A DNA stretch of 64,000 nt from assembly GCF_000150275.1 (NCBI RefSeq), contig NW_002060948.1, forward strand, positions 558,001 through 622,000, given 5' to 3'. This stretch comes from Trichoplax adhaerens (lineage: Eukaryota; Animalia; Placozoa). Shown piece by piece: positions 40,131-52,621 of this stretch. The position numbers were made by a program, and so were the translations under genes. The notes beneath the pieces were generated by a model. The model made no database searches. It saw only the letters and a list, made by a program, of their open reading frames with translations, and was not told where the DNA came from. How positions within the stretch are numbered: the first letter of the stretch is position 1; each line of letters begins with the position of its first letter.

Positions 40131-42139
40131 TTAGTAGGTATATTTTAACTTTCTTGGTCTCATAAATTCACGTGCGATATCATCCGTAATTTGTGACCGC
40201 TTCTCTTGATGAGTTTTTACAATTCCTTGCAATATTTGAATTAAACGCTTTTTTAATTCTCCTGAAAGCATCTCACCAGATGAATATTCCTAATACATTA
40301 AACAGAATAGTAAGCTTAAATTTTAAACAGGTCTTAAACACACAACATTTTGATAAAATAATAACGTTTTAGTTTACTACTTTTAATTCGCTTAGAAGTA
40401 CCTTTTCAATTTTTGCTAATTCGTCATCATCTTCTAAGAAAAATTTTAAAAATTGATATGAAATATCAACTGAACAATCTCCTCCATATTTTCTATGCTC
40501 TTCGATCGTATCTCGGCCACCGGAATATGCATACTTATTTATCTATGCATAGGTAAAATAATTATTGATCAGTTCGCAAGCTAGACACTTACTTTTATGG
40601 CTATGACTTCATATCATATTAAAGTATGCATGAAAATAAGTTGATACTCACCTTCTTTTTGATCATGTTCGGAGTATCAGAAAGATAGATTGAAGAGTTT
40701 AGGTCACTAGCGCTCATTTTGGTCTGAGCGCCTTGCAGCGCTGGTAAGAACTGTGAATGAATTAGAGCAGGTTTTACAAATCCTAGTCTAGGAGCAACGT
40801 CTCGAGTCATGCGGAAGTATGGATCCTAAAAATTGAATTAAATCAGTAATTAGTCTATAGATTGATAGGAGGTAAGGATAAAAGTTTACTAAAAGTAATT
40901 TAGACCTGATCAATTGCGCATGGGATTAAACACTTTACATTCTTTGCATTTCCAAAGATTTGTGGAAATGATGCAGAAAATGAAGGTGTAGCTTGAATCG
41001 CAGGAAATGAAATCTTGCCTAACAGAGTAGGAAGAAAATTTGTTGCTTCCAATACCGATATAGTATACTGTATATATGTATTTTAATTTTATTACCGATG
41101 TTATCTGACTCTCCAAATCCAAAAATTCCTTTAACCTGGTTGAATGTAATGCATTTCCGTACTTTCAAAACGGTTCTGTTAAAAGCCCGGCTTTGTCTAC
41201 GAAGGTACAAATGAATTGCTATCAATAATAATATGATTAGTTACTAGCCTAGTTGTCAACATTAAGATGATATAGGCCTAACTCTTACGCCATTATGTCA
41301 AGATCAGAAAATATAAAAGTCTTCTCAATATCGAATCCACAAGCCAGGATATCTTTAATGTTGCTGATTGTTATTTTTTCTAATTCATCTAGTGATATAT
41401 CTCTCCACAGAAACTTTTCGTCGTCAGTCATTTGTACAATTAAGGGAACATCAAAAGCTTCTTGTAACCACCTAAAGATAACAGTGAATACTTCTGTATT
41501 AATTTTATATGATTATCTTAATGAGAAGCCATAATAATTTACTTTGTAAATAGAAAGGGAATTAAGTGGCCAATATGGAGAGCTCCAGATGATGGTCCAC
41601 GTCCAGTATATAGATAGAAAGGCTTTTTATTTTCATGTAATGTTAAAATTTGATCTAATTCCCTGTGATAATACGTAATACATTATTATTAAAGGATATT
41701 AGATATCGACCATAAATTGAATTATTTATACCTATGAGAGAAAAATAGGCCACGGCGTAAGAATACGTGAGATTTACGTCCAGTTACGCGCTCAAATCGT
41801 TCTATTAAAGCGCTGTCAATCTTATTAGAACCAAATTCCGCTGATATACAACATATAAATTATAAAAATAATATAAATTTTTCATTGAGCCTAATTTGTA
41901 GCACTACAGTATATCGATGAAGCGAGTTATAATCAATATATTTTCGTAAAATAGCTACATCGACGAACTTACTCCACATGTTGCATTGTGCAATACATGT
42001 CATCTAGGAATTTCTTACCGATCAGTTTATCGTAATTTACAGCTTTGGAAGCCGATACAGTCCATGGATCAATACGTTGAGTTTCAGTATCTTCATCAAT
42101 TTGAACATCGCCTAGCTTGGCTGTCGCATCTTCAGCCAT
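40131..42139 (-). CDS. WARS1: Tryptophanyl-tRNA synthetase, cytoplasmic type
   Basis: [94 protein letters not shown] and EFMRPRKL. No N-terminal WHEP domain. Confidence 0.98.
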
Positions 42140-43278
42140 TTTGAATTAATCCTTTGAGTAAGAACAACTAGGTTTAAGATTTGCTTATAAGTAAAATTAA
42201 TCAAACCGCTCAATGATGCTTGTATTTATTTATTTACAGTAAGAATTAGCAATTCAGTACTTGAATGATGACTTGATTGCTACAGAGCCAAGAGTTTAGA
42301 AGACGTGTAGCAACACTCTTTACGCACTATTTTATTATTGCATCATCAATTGCTACTATTTACAGCTGCGTATAAATATAGCAAGGTAGAGTTATATAGG
42401 TCTAACATATACTGTACAGAGCAAGAATAATGATGATCTTACTTTCCATTCAATTTTAACACCTGTAGTAATCATTTCTAGAATCCTTTTATAGTGTAGC
42501 TCGAATTAATTTGATAAAAATAAGGATTGAATGAACCAAGTTAATAAAACGATTGATGACAGTTTCCAGGTACGCCTAACTTGTCCTACTCTAGTGTATT
42601 CGATATTGCTGAGACTGTTGATTTAAGCTTAGTATAGATACTTCACAATACCGTCCTAACGGTGCTACAACATTGCCACTAAAATCTTGCATCTAGCAAT
42701 ACATTTCAATCCAATTTCGATTATTGGCTAACTTTAACATATCTTACTTTATCATTGTAATAAATACGATTTCTCCCTTACCTTTCCTACTTTCGTTTGC
42801 TTTTAAATTTAATCTCAATGCTGTAATTCTACCTGCCCACAGAAGCACACTGGGGTAGTCGTTGCGTCTTTGGTGACACAGGATACCGTATCGTATCGCG
42901 GTCGCGTTGATTTCGTATCCGGTACCGGTGCCGATACGGTACTGTGCTGTAGTGTTCTTCCGATCCCCGTGTGAACTGAGCATGCTCTATCCTTGTACCG
43001 TATCGCAATAGTAAAAATTTGTAGACAACAAATAATGGTATTTTGTATAAGTTGTTAGGTGCTATATCGTATAGTAAATTATGATTAGTCCGTCCATCTT
43101 GCGGAATACTGTACAGTGTACAGTACTTGGCTAAAAAGAGAGAAAGGGAGAGACTCAAGTTACTACAGTAGTGTACAGTACTGAGTACTGTAGGTCCGTA
43201 ATAACTGAGCATGACATATGACCAAGTTATACGCATGTGCCTAAATTTTAGTGTAGAGTAGCATAGAATAGCGATGTT

Positions 43279-43292
43279 ATCTCCATAGTAAC
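43279..43292. promoter_or_regulatory. RFX X-box-like site upstream of RSPH9
   Basis: atctccatagtaac, ~125 bp upstream of the ATG of a motile-cilia gene. Confidence 0.6.
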
Positions 43293-43415
43293 CGAATAAA
43301 CTACCTTACTACAGTAGTTCCATATCGCATCGAGAGAGTAGAGCAAAACTACGCCAAGCAATTAAAGCGATTTATTTTATCACTACCTAAACAGTAACAT
43401 TGGCAGAAGAAAAAT

Positions 43416-44841
43416 ATGGATTCAGCAACTTTACATTTAGATATTGACTATGTTGGATCGAGTGGGATTCTATTAAGCACCGAGCAAAAGACAGCTTTGC
43501 AAAACTCACTCTTAATCCTCAAGCATCAAAATAAGTTTAAGAAAGTTGTCTTTTGGGGTAAGATAACTGGTTGCAGTAAAGATTATTTTGTTGCACAAGG
43601 AGTTGGCAATGATGAAATGAAAGAAAAAAAGACGTTTTATAGGTGAGTTAAGATATCTTACTTTCTTACGTCGCGAAAGAAATAGTTGTATACTGTAACT
43701 CGATAACCAAAGAAGGATACTGTTACGCTTATTGGTTTATTATCGATTACTGAATGAGATTTTTTTAACTGTCGTTATCATTATTTTGTAATAGTAAATT
43801 ATCTAAGTCGATTATAATTATACATAAAATAAGTAAGCTTTATCCAATTACCTGTATATCTTAGTTTGGACTGCTCTAAGTGGGCTCTATTACCGATTGC
43901 AACCGATGAATTGAAGATACTATGCTCCAGAATCAAAGGTCGATTTGCTGGAGATCCATCCTATGAATATGAACACGTCGAAATAAGGAAAGTTCCTGGC
44001 GAGAATGGTGAAGAAAATGAAGAAGAAACAACAGTAAGAATAACTCATATAAAATCTTGTTGGTTTAATATATAACAAGCTCTAAATATAAAGTCTGATT
44101 TCGATAAGCTAGCTAATAAAAAAATTAACACTACAGATCGCTATTAGAGAAGAAGAAAGACTGGCAGTAACGATCGATGCAATCGATCGTGATGTTAAAA
44201 TAGTTCCAAGGGGGGCTTATGTTAAGCTTCCGACTGGTGAAATTCAGTCGAATCCTAGTTTTGAAGGTAAGACTGCAAAATAAATCAAACTATCAAAAAA
44301 ACAAAATATTAAAGTTTATTCTATGTTAACTATTTTCATCAGGTCTTTCAACTTCAAATGCGGCTAAGTTGACATCATATTTTCATTTCGATAAATCTGC
44401 CAGCTTAAACAAGAGAAACTTAATGCAAAAGGTTAATAGTTTTAAATAGATGTTTTAGATTAATGTTTTCATAACCCCATGATTTAATTTTATTCTTGAT
44501 TAAAAATATTCTAGGCTTCTTTCGATAAATCATTGGACTTTCTTGGCGATATATCAGAAGATGTTCCCAAAGGTCAGCAAAATGACAGCTCACTGAGCTT
44601 ATGATTGAGAGAAAATTACCATTTTATAATTGTAATTCTATCAATTAATAAAATTTAATTTTCTTATTTGTAATAATTAGGTTCATGGAGTGTTCAGTTT
44701 GAACGTGGAGATGCTGTAGTAACAATTCGAAGTTTATTATGGATTGGTTATGTATTCTATCACATACCTGATACTCGCTCATATGGACATGTTTATGTCG
44801 GAAATGGAGAGATAAACTTGGATCTTTCATTTATGCTTTAA
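43416..44841 (+). CDS. RSPH9: Radial spoke head protein 9, 6 coding exons
   Basis: SGILLSTEQKTALQNSLLILK..VFWGKITG..DYFVAQG, GRFAGDPSYEY, IREEERLA..I..ID..IVPRGAY, GSWSVQFERG..IRSLLWIG..YVGNGEINLDLSFML*. Confidence 0.97.
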
Positions 44842-45828
44842 CGTATCAAGTCAGCTCGAGTAGTGATGGATACTTTGGTTTTTAAACAAATTATTGTAAA
44901 TTCAAGATGATGACTGTATTCGTATTAATATTGCAGTAAAGGCTATATTAAGGCGCCAGCTCTAACCTACTGATTTACTATACTTTATGGCAAATTAACC
45001 TTAATCTCTGGTGAAATATCTGAAGTGTAATATTTAGAAACGATTATTGCTTTGTATGTACCGTTTAAAAATGTGAAAAGCAAAATCTTTCTATCTTAGT
45101 TCATATGATGGAAGTGGCTTTACTGTCGAATTTCTGATACTATTTGCTAATATAAATGTTTTCCTTTCTGTATTTATACATATTAATGTAAACGATAAAT
45201 AAATACGTGTAGTATTATTGAGATCTTCAAGCAGTAATTGTATTGTAGTATTATTATATCTTCTCAGAGGTATTTATAGCATAAAAATACAAATCATAAA
45301 TTGAGCGATAGGATAAATGTTTAATTAATTGGCTCATGTAATCATTTAACGATTAAATGAAATCAACATGAAACTACATTCATCGAGCTCTAAGCTTAAA
45401 AATCTATACTGGTAATCTAACTACGAATAGAATTAAAAATAACTTTAAAGATTTGTTCGATTACTTATCGATTAATCAATTATACAAGAAATAATAGCTT
45501 ATTAATTCATAAACTTTTGTAGTGTTATTCACTAGAGTTGCTTGCAAAATTTATTTTCTTCCCACATACAACATTTGCAGCTTATGGATATTAATCGTGT
45601 GCATTAATAGGGGTAGATTATTAGTTCTGTAAGAATTTCAACACGATATAAATATTATTATCACGTAAAATTTAGATCAGGTAATGGTGTCCAATTTTAG
45701 TGTTATCATTTTATTGTCAATATGGGTATTTAATGTAGATCCGTCAAAAAAGTGTTATTATCGCTCGTAAATCACTACAGATGATTAGAGTCATGATAAA
45801 GTACGATTAATACGAATCCCATGACTTA

Positions 45829-45842
45829 GTTGCTATGGCAAC
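45829..45842. promoter_or_regulatory. Near-perfect palindromic RFX X-box
   Basis: gttgctatggcaac, 270 bp upstream of the ATG at 46113. Confidence 0.75.
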
Positions 45843-46112
45843 GACACACTCTATCAACTAGTAGCATAACGTAACTTATAAATGCTGCTTATCATTGGCC
45901 TTTCTTTCTAAATAGAATTAGATAGATTTGCAAAAATAAAATAGTCGCGATATAACTTCATCCAACGACCCAGTAGACATTTCTTTACGTAAATACGTAT
46001 TTTAGTGCCTCAAAGCAGCAGCAGATTAATAAACTAATGAGGTAGCTCAAATATTCCTAAAATAAAGACTAAGATACTTCTTATACATAACGGTAATACT
46101 ATTCAATTACAT

Positions 46113-46623
46113 ATGGAAAATGAAGTAGTGTGGGTTTCAAATAAAAGTACTACAGATAGTACCTTTACAACTATTCCAGTTCCAAAGTATAAAATTATTA
46201 AAGAACCAGTAGATGTTAACCAAGTACCAGATTATTGGGTGCCTCCATTAGTAGAAGATATGCCAATATCCGAAGCTACAATTAACAAAAATGAAAAAAT
46301 CAATCCATCGGAGGCATCAACAAGATGCGAAGAATGGTCTACATTACGACAAATGAAACCGTCTACGACTAGATTATCAAAAGTAGCTTCCTCAAGTTGG
46401 GGCTGCACACCGCCAAATATTCCTGCAAAGGAGGAAAAGACCCCTGAAAGACACCCAAAAATAAATAGCTCCATGACAAGGTAATATTAAGTTGTCAGCA
46501 GTGTTGCTAACTTTTTATCAATAGGCGCTTTTAATATCATCATTAAAATTTAACAATTTTCTATTATTCTATAGATATATTGATGAAATGCACTCTTCTA
46601 ACCCACTATTTAAGTTACATTAA
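46113..46623 (+). CDS. Small uncharacterised 2-exon protein (~138 aa), probably ciliary
   Basis: Exon 1 46113-46480 (AG|gtaata) joins exon 2 46575-46623 in frame: ..EEWSTLRQMKPS..RHPKINSSMTR/YIDEMHSSNPLFKLH*. X-box upstream. Confidence 0.75.
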
Positions 46624-49203
46624 ATGGATAAAAGATGAGTAAAGTTATACTTGTACAATTAATCGCTGTTATTCGCTTGTTTATAAAGTCACTAATATTA
46701 AAATGATAGAGTTTAATTCATCATTGCTATCATTAAAATTTTGATATGTTTAGTAGTATCATTTCTGTTACCATATTATATATGCTATTTATTTATATCT
46801 AGCATATTTACTACTATAGATGATTTTTAAAACTTACAGATTCATTTTAGATTTACTTACAGTATTTTTATATCATCATCTGCTTTTATCCGTTGTTATA
46901 TAATGTATAGCAAATATTGTATTTTATGATAACCTTTGCATTCTATGCATTGAATAAATTGTATGGATTATCTATTTGGATCGATATCCTCTATATGATA
47001 GTGTTATGAGATTGGAAATTTACTCTACTTTGGCAAAGGTTGGAACGTCCTTCTATCCTTAACTTAAAATTATTAAATCCAAGAGTTTAACCCAACCTAC
47101 TTTACTGCTTATAAAAGGCTACGAGAGAAGAAATAAAGATTCTTTCCTGTAACTTGTTTTTCTTACATGGTGTCATGTTTCTGGACCAGAATAAAATTAT
47201 AGAGAGTTCTGAATATAATTTGCAAAGTATTCAATTTTGTCGTCATGCATTGTACTTTAAAAGCAGTAGACTAATGTACCATACGAATATATCTATATCA
47301 TACCTTATTGCACTTCGCAAATGTAAAACATTAAGCAATATTCTAAAACATGGCCGATTATTTTGGCTGCTATGGTATGATGATAATATCTCGATCAAAT
47401 GACTAAATGAACTGGCCTATTACAATTTTAATATAATACAAATCTATTTCAAGAAGTAAATCAATTATACTATAGTACAAAGAAGAAATTAGTATCGAGT
47501 CATTCACATCTTTAAACTCTATAGCAGGTATCAGTATCTGCTTTCGAGTTCCATTATTGCTTTTCTGTTCCTGTACAAAGTTGTAACTGAAAATGGTTGA
47601 AGTTTATATATTAAAGGTAAACCTAAAATTTAGCAATTAATTACTAATTGAAAGTATCACTATATGCATATCTTTTTATGCTAGAATATGTGATAACTAT
47701 ACCAGTACGATACTATCATATAACAGTTATAATGGTGCATACTTGTTGCAAAATAAGTGTTGATTAGTACAGTATAATAGAATATACTGTGAAAGGATAG
47801 AAATCTTAATTAGGGAAATATATGAAAGTTGAAAAAATGTAAGTCAATAGCTCATAAATATGATTGAAACTCGTTTTACTACGGCTAATAGCGAAGAATG
47901 ATAAAGTTAATCTCTGTTGATAAGTTATACTACATCAGTAATTATACTGAAGATGATTCCAATTTTGAATGAATTATTGGATCTAGACTGAATAGGAGTT
48001 AAATACCAGTTTATTACAGATTACAGAATATATTTTCAAAACAAAGCCTAAGCATTGCAGACCTAGATCTGTAAGCTAAGACGCATTTGCCAATCCATAG
48101 TAACCTTATTAGGTAAATTTCTATCCGAATACAGCAACCTAGTTACTACGTATTGATGAAGCAGACTTTCTTAGAGTGCAATGGCATAATAATAGGTCAT
48201 CTGTTATACACTACTGATTTTAGCTAAATTTCGATAGCCTATCATGTTAAATAGGTAAAATCTCTCAATATGTATATATGCGCACCATAACTTATAGTTT
48301 CACCCACTAGTTTATTGTAATATAACATCTAGTTGCACTATGTATGGTTGATAATATGGGCCTTGTACTCATAATCTTTACATACTCCGTCGTTCAATAT
48401 TATTAGAATGTCTATTATAAAAGTAAATATAGACCTTAGTATACAAATTTACATGATATGACTGTTTTTAACGGTCATAATACGGTATATCTCAGTTTTA
48501 CTTCTTCATTGCTGGTTAGTATTTATATTAACATCTGATATCTTTGATTTTTGATGATAATGATTAATTTATCAATATTTTAAAAACAGTTTTTTACATG
48601 TAATTCATGATGTTAAATTCATAAATACGATTGTGAAGCATGCCAATTTTAATACTAGGTTGTGCTTTAATAAAAAACTTATATTCGATTGGCATTGGTA
48701 TACAGTATGCTGAAAACATGTCGTACAAGTCGTATGATATGTTAGATTATAAAGAATTACCTTCGATCAATAATATCTAATCTTTGGTATTGATAAAATA
48801 CATTGATAGTACTGATGGTATAAAATTAAATATTGCTTTAAATTTTACCGATATTTCTAAATTTAGAGAATTACCTTCAACTAATTACTACCCAATTTAC
48901 TATATCTATACAATTGACAAATACTTACATTGCAAATACATTCAATTTTAATCGGTGTCGTTAACTGCTTAATTGAAAAGTTCGTTGACTGTGAATAGAA
49001 TGTACAATAGTTTGTAGTTATATATTTAACATTTCTGTCGTACAATTTTATTCGATTCAAAGTGTCTGCAAGTAATAACCTTCATCTTATGACTAAGTGT
49101 GTACATTATAGTCATGGAGTGCAACAGAAATTTAGCGTCGAATAAAATATAATAAAATATAATAAATATTGTATCATAAATGGTGTTAAATAAAAAGGAA
49201 TAA

Positions 49204-50190
49204 TTATTGGATTTTACTATTGCAATTATTGGTGGGTGATGGAGTAAAGTATGATCCCTGAATACAAATAAGTTCTTTATCACCAACTAGAAGTTGAAGA
49301 AATTTCACAACAGTAGATTTAGCAACCCAATGGTATTGATCAACTAGAATTAGATTACGATAAATGTCTTTCAAATGGACACATTCACGATATTGGCATA
49401 AATCGTCAACAATCTCGTTGAGTTGACGATATAAATTGGTATTATCAATAAGTTGATAGCAACATTTTAGGTTATTTTCGAATTTATTCTGGCAATAGAT
49501 CCATCCATTAAAATACATTTGCTTGATTGATTCCATTAATAGATTGGATATGTTATTAGTATTACTTGAAGGGAATTCAAGGAATAAATTTTGCTGAAAT
49601 TGAGAATCATGAAGAAGATTTTGAGCTGTGAATGTGTGCTGATGGCTATTTTGTAAGTAGGATTTTATATTTTTTGCAATGTTGTAATAAAGGCACGTGG
49701 TGGTCTTCTGCTGCTTAGCACTGGTAAGATCCAAGTACGGGTATGCTGGTGGTTTGCTAGGGTTGAATTGATCCTTGGCGCTCTGAGCTCGCTTTTTTCG
49801 ACAAGGTATTAAAATTTCTTGGTGATATTCTAAGCTTAAGGTCCAGTGGAGTATTTCTACCATTGGAAAATTTGTCTTGTCGATCATTTGTACGATTAAT
49901 ATTTCGATCTTGCCAGAATAAAGGAGTTGGGCCTGACCAGTTATTTGTACAAGTGCTCCAAGAGGAGCTGTTATAAAGTTCTTTTTTTTCCATTGTTTAC
50001 ATGTAATTCGATCACTGCCATCGTCAACATCGTAGGCAATGAATCTTTTTCGTGTATCAACTCTAGCTATATCACCAACGATAGTAACCTCTTTTTTATT
50101 GAAATAACCATTTCCTTGTAGCATAGTGATTAAGACATGAGGTCGAATGTTGTCAATCAACGAAAGATCGATCGTATTCTTGCAAGACAT
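49204..50190 (-). CDS. STN1: CST complex subunit STN1-like (OB fold plus probable winged-helix C-terminus), intronless
   Basis: KEVTIVGDI..F.AYDVDDGSDRITCKQWKK..LGALVQITG..EILHW is an STN1/RPA2-type OB fold. The length (~328 aa) and C-terminus fit STN1 better than RPA2. First ATG is at 50190. Confidence 0.68.
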   Translation of the reverse strand: MSCKNTIDLSLIDNIRPHVLITMLQGNGYFNKKEVTIVGDIARVDTRKRFIAYDVDDGSDRITCKQWKKKNFITAPLGALVQITGQAQLLYSGKIEILIVQMIDKTNFPMVEILHWTLSLEYHQEILIPCRKKRAQSAKDQFNPSKPPAYPYLDLTSAKQQKTTTCLYYNIAKNIKSYLQNSHQHTFTAQNLLHDSQFQQNLFLEFPSSNTNNISNLLMESIKQMYFNGWIYCQNKFENNLKCCYQLIDNTNLYRQLNEIVDDLCQYRECVHLKDIYRNLILVDQYHWVAKSTVVKFLQLLVGDKELICIQGSYFTPSPTNNCNSKIQ

Positions 50191-52133
50191 GATCACCTTG
50201 TGTATCCTACTTTAGAGAACTGAGATATAATCAAGCTTTCAAAATGTTGCTTTCGAGTAGCAATTGAAAGAGCTACATTCTAGAAGGAATTAAAGGCAAT
50301 CTAGTTCATTCATTTTGCAGTTTGTATGTAGAAAGAACTTGCAAGCCTCTACAAGCCGAGCTGCGCCATGCCCCAAGATTGATTCCTTATCAATGTTCCG
50401 AAGGTTGATCTATTCGTACAGATTTCTTGATCATCGCTTGTTTTACGAAGCCATTTGAATATATTATTTCGATGTTGGAGTTTCCATTTGTTGAAGGGGT
50501 TACATATACACGTTTAATTTGAAGCTTGTATAACACTTATGGTAAATGTTAGAAGGTAAAATTGGCCGCAACTGCCATGTTTACCTCCAACTAGTAGTGC
50601 AAGGACTTTATATTACAGTGCAATGTATAACAGCGATGACCTTGTTCCTGGTAATCGCTTTCTTACTGTCCAGAGTCATGTTTGGGAATGTACACTATGT
50701 GCTGGCGGTATTTACGATAGACCACGACGTTGCTGTTCAACCTGAGTTGGAAGATGCTCCTATAGAGTACAAGTACCGAAACATAAGCTGTGATAGCATA
50801 ATAATAACTGCTCGCATCGCGATTGTCAAGAATTACACCGTGGTATGTTCCAAGTGTCCCTTTTCAATATTGTATAGTGAAGAGTAAATATTTCCTATCT
50901 TCCATACGATAGACTCTATCGTAGGCTATGTTTTAAGTACTTATCATACCGTACGAGGATAGCAGCTTTTAATTAAGCACCAATAATTAATTTAAATAAG
51001 AAAAATGAATGGCTACGGTGTTTGTAGTAGTATCTTTATTTATTTGGTTCGTGTACAGCATACTGTCGGCCAAAATATTCATTTTTTAGTCCCTATCTTT
51101 TAATCTATATCTCATAATCTTTATTATGATATGAAATTTGTTTGTGATGGACGATAATGTGGTAATACCTTGAAATGTTGATTGCTATTTGCGAGCGAAC
51201 CTTTATATCAGGACTTCAGGAGGGATGAATGTTGATAGTTTACTCTATTACTTTTATGCAAGGCAGTCGATAGAAAATTGATGTGCTATCCTCTCTACCA
51301 GTCTAAACTGATCGATCGAACTATAATTTCGATCATAATGAGAGAACGATTATCATCAACGTCATTATTTAAGACAAACACGCAATTTCCTATACTGAAT
51401 GTAGGAATTGCGGAAGAAATTTTACTGTATGCTGATAGCCGTATGCGAGTATCGTATAGAATGATCTACAGTATGTCATATAGTACTCACTGGTGGATTC
51501 ATAGAAGCTTAAGAATAAGCTTTGAAACTTGTCTTGGTGCAGTCTACAGTACAGAGTGTGATTTCTTAGTTATAGCACCATACACAATGACGATCGGAAG
51601 GATATCTATTCGAAATCGATCTGTTCCTCAACAGAAAAGATATCCATTCTAATTATATTCATGCTACGGAGTAGTTTCAACAGTCCTGTGGCTCATTTAT
51701 AACCAGCATATCACTAACAAGTTTAACCTATGTGCTTCTGTAGTTCTTAGAATATACTATCCAATTCAAAGAATTCAATTCATTCGCTAAGACTTTTAAC
51801 GATAGGGTATACCTAACTGATTTACTCCTTCCTTTCGATACATTATTTTTCCAAGTATTGACTGAATCTCTTTGAAAATTGGGATAATGTATCCTTAGAA
51901 AGACGAAGATCTGAAGATGACTAGGCTATTGCAAGGACAGTTTAAGAAAGAATTCTCCTTCCCCGTTCAAAAAATTGCCTTCTAGAGTGAAAAAATGGCG
52001 ATTCTTCTGCAGTAATGCCTGCCAGGTCGTTGTTGCAGGTGTGCTTCACAATACTTTCTGTTCGTGACAAGGTAGGGTCAGGTACGTACAGTACGTACAG
52101 TACCGCCGGATTTCCAGCCGTGAGTACAGTACG

Positions 52134-52372
52134 GTAACGTCACCCTAGCTGGTTTCTGAATTGTATCACGGTACAGTACTGTATCACGCTCTCAGTGAGT
52201 GACTGACCCTCAGTAACGTCACCCTAGCTGCCTTCTGGCTTGTATCACACGGTACAGTACTGTATCACGCTCTCAGTGAGTGACCGACCCTCAGTAACGT
52301 CACCCTAGCTGGCTTCTGACTTGTATCACGGTACAGTACTGTAGCACGCTCTCAGTGAGTGACCGACCCTCA
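52134..52372. repeat. Three-copy ~80-bp tandem array 250 bp upstream of the LYST ATG
   Basis: gtaacgtcaccctagctg..ttctg..ttgtatcacggtacagtactgta.cacgctctcagtgagtgac.gaccctca starts at 52134, 52213 and 52294. Confidence 0.96.
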
Positions 52373-52621
52373 TCAGCCCAGTACATCACAGTGCACAGTA
52401 CTTACATACCGCACATACTACAGTACTATACAGATTGAATCTCCAGTCATACTGTACAGTGTACAGTACAGTAGTATGTTACTGCCAGTCACTCATTGCT
52501 TTCTCTACGACCTTCATTTATTTTCTCCTGTGGATTTCCTTTCAACTATCTCCATTTCTTACTTTGAATTCTTCAGCTATTTGGTATATTGACTAAGCTA
52601 TCTTTAGCGTTTTAACGCAAA

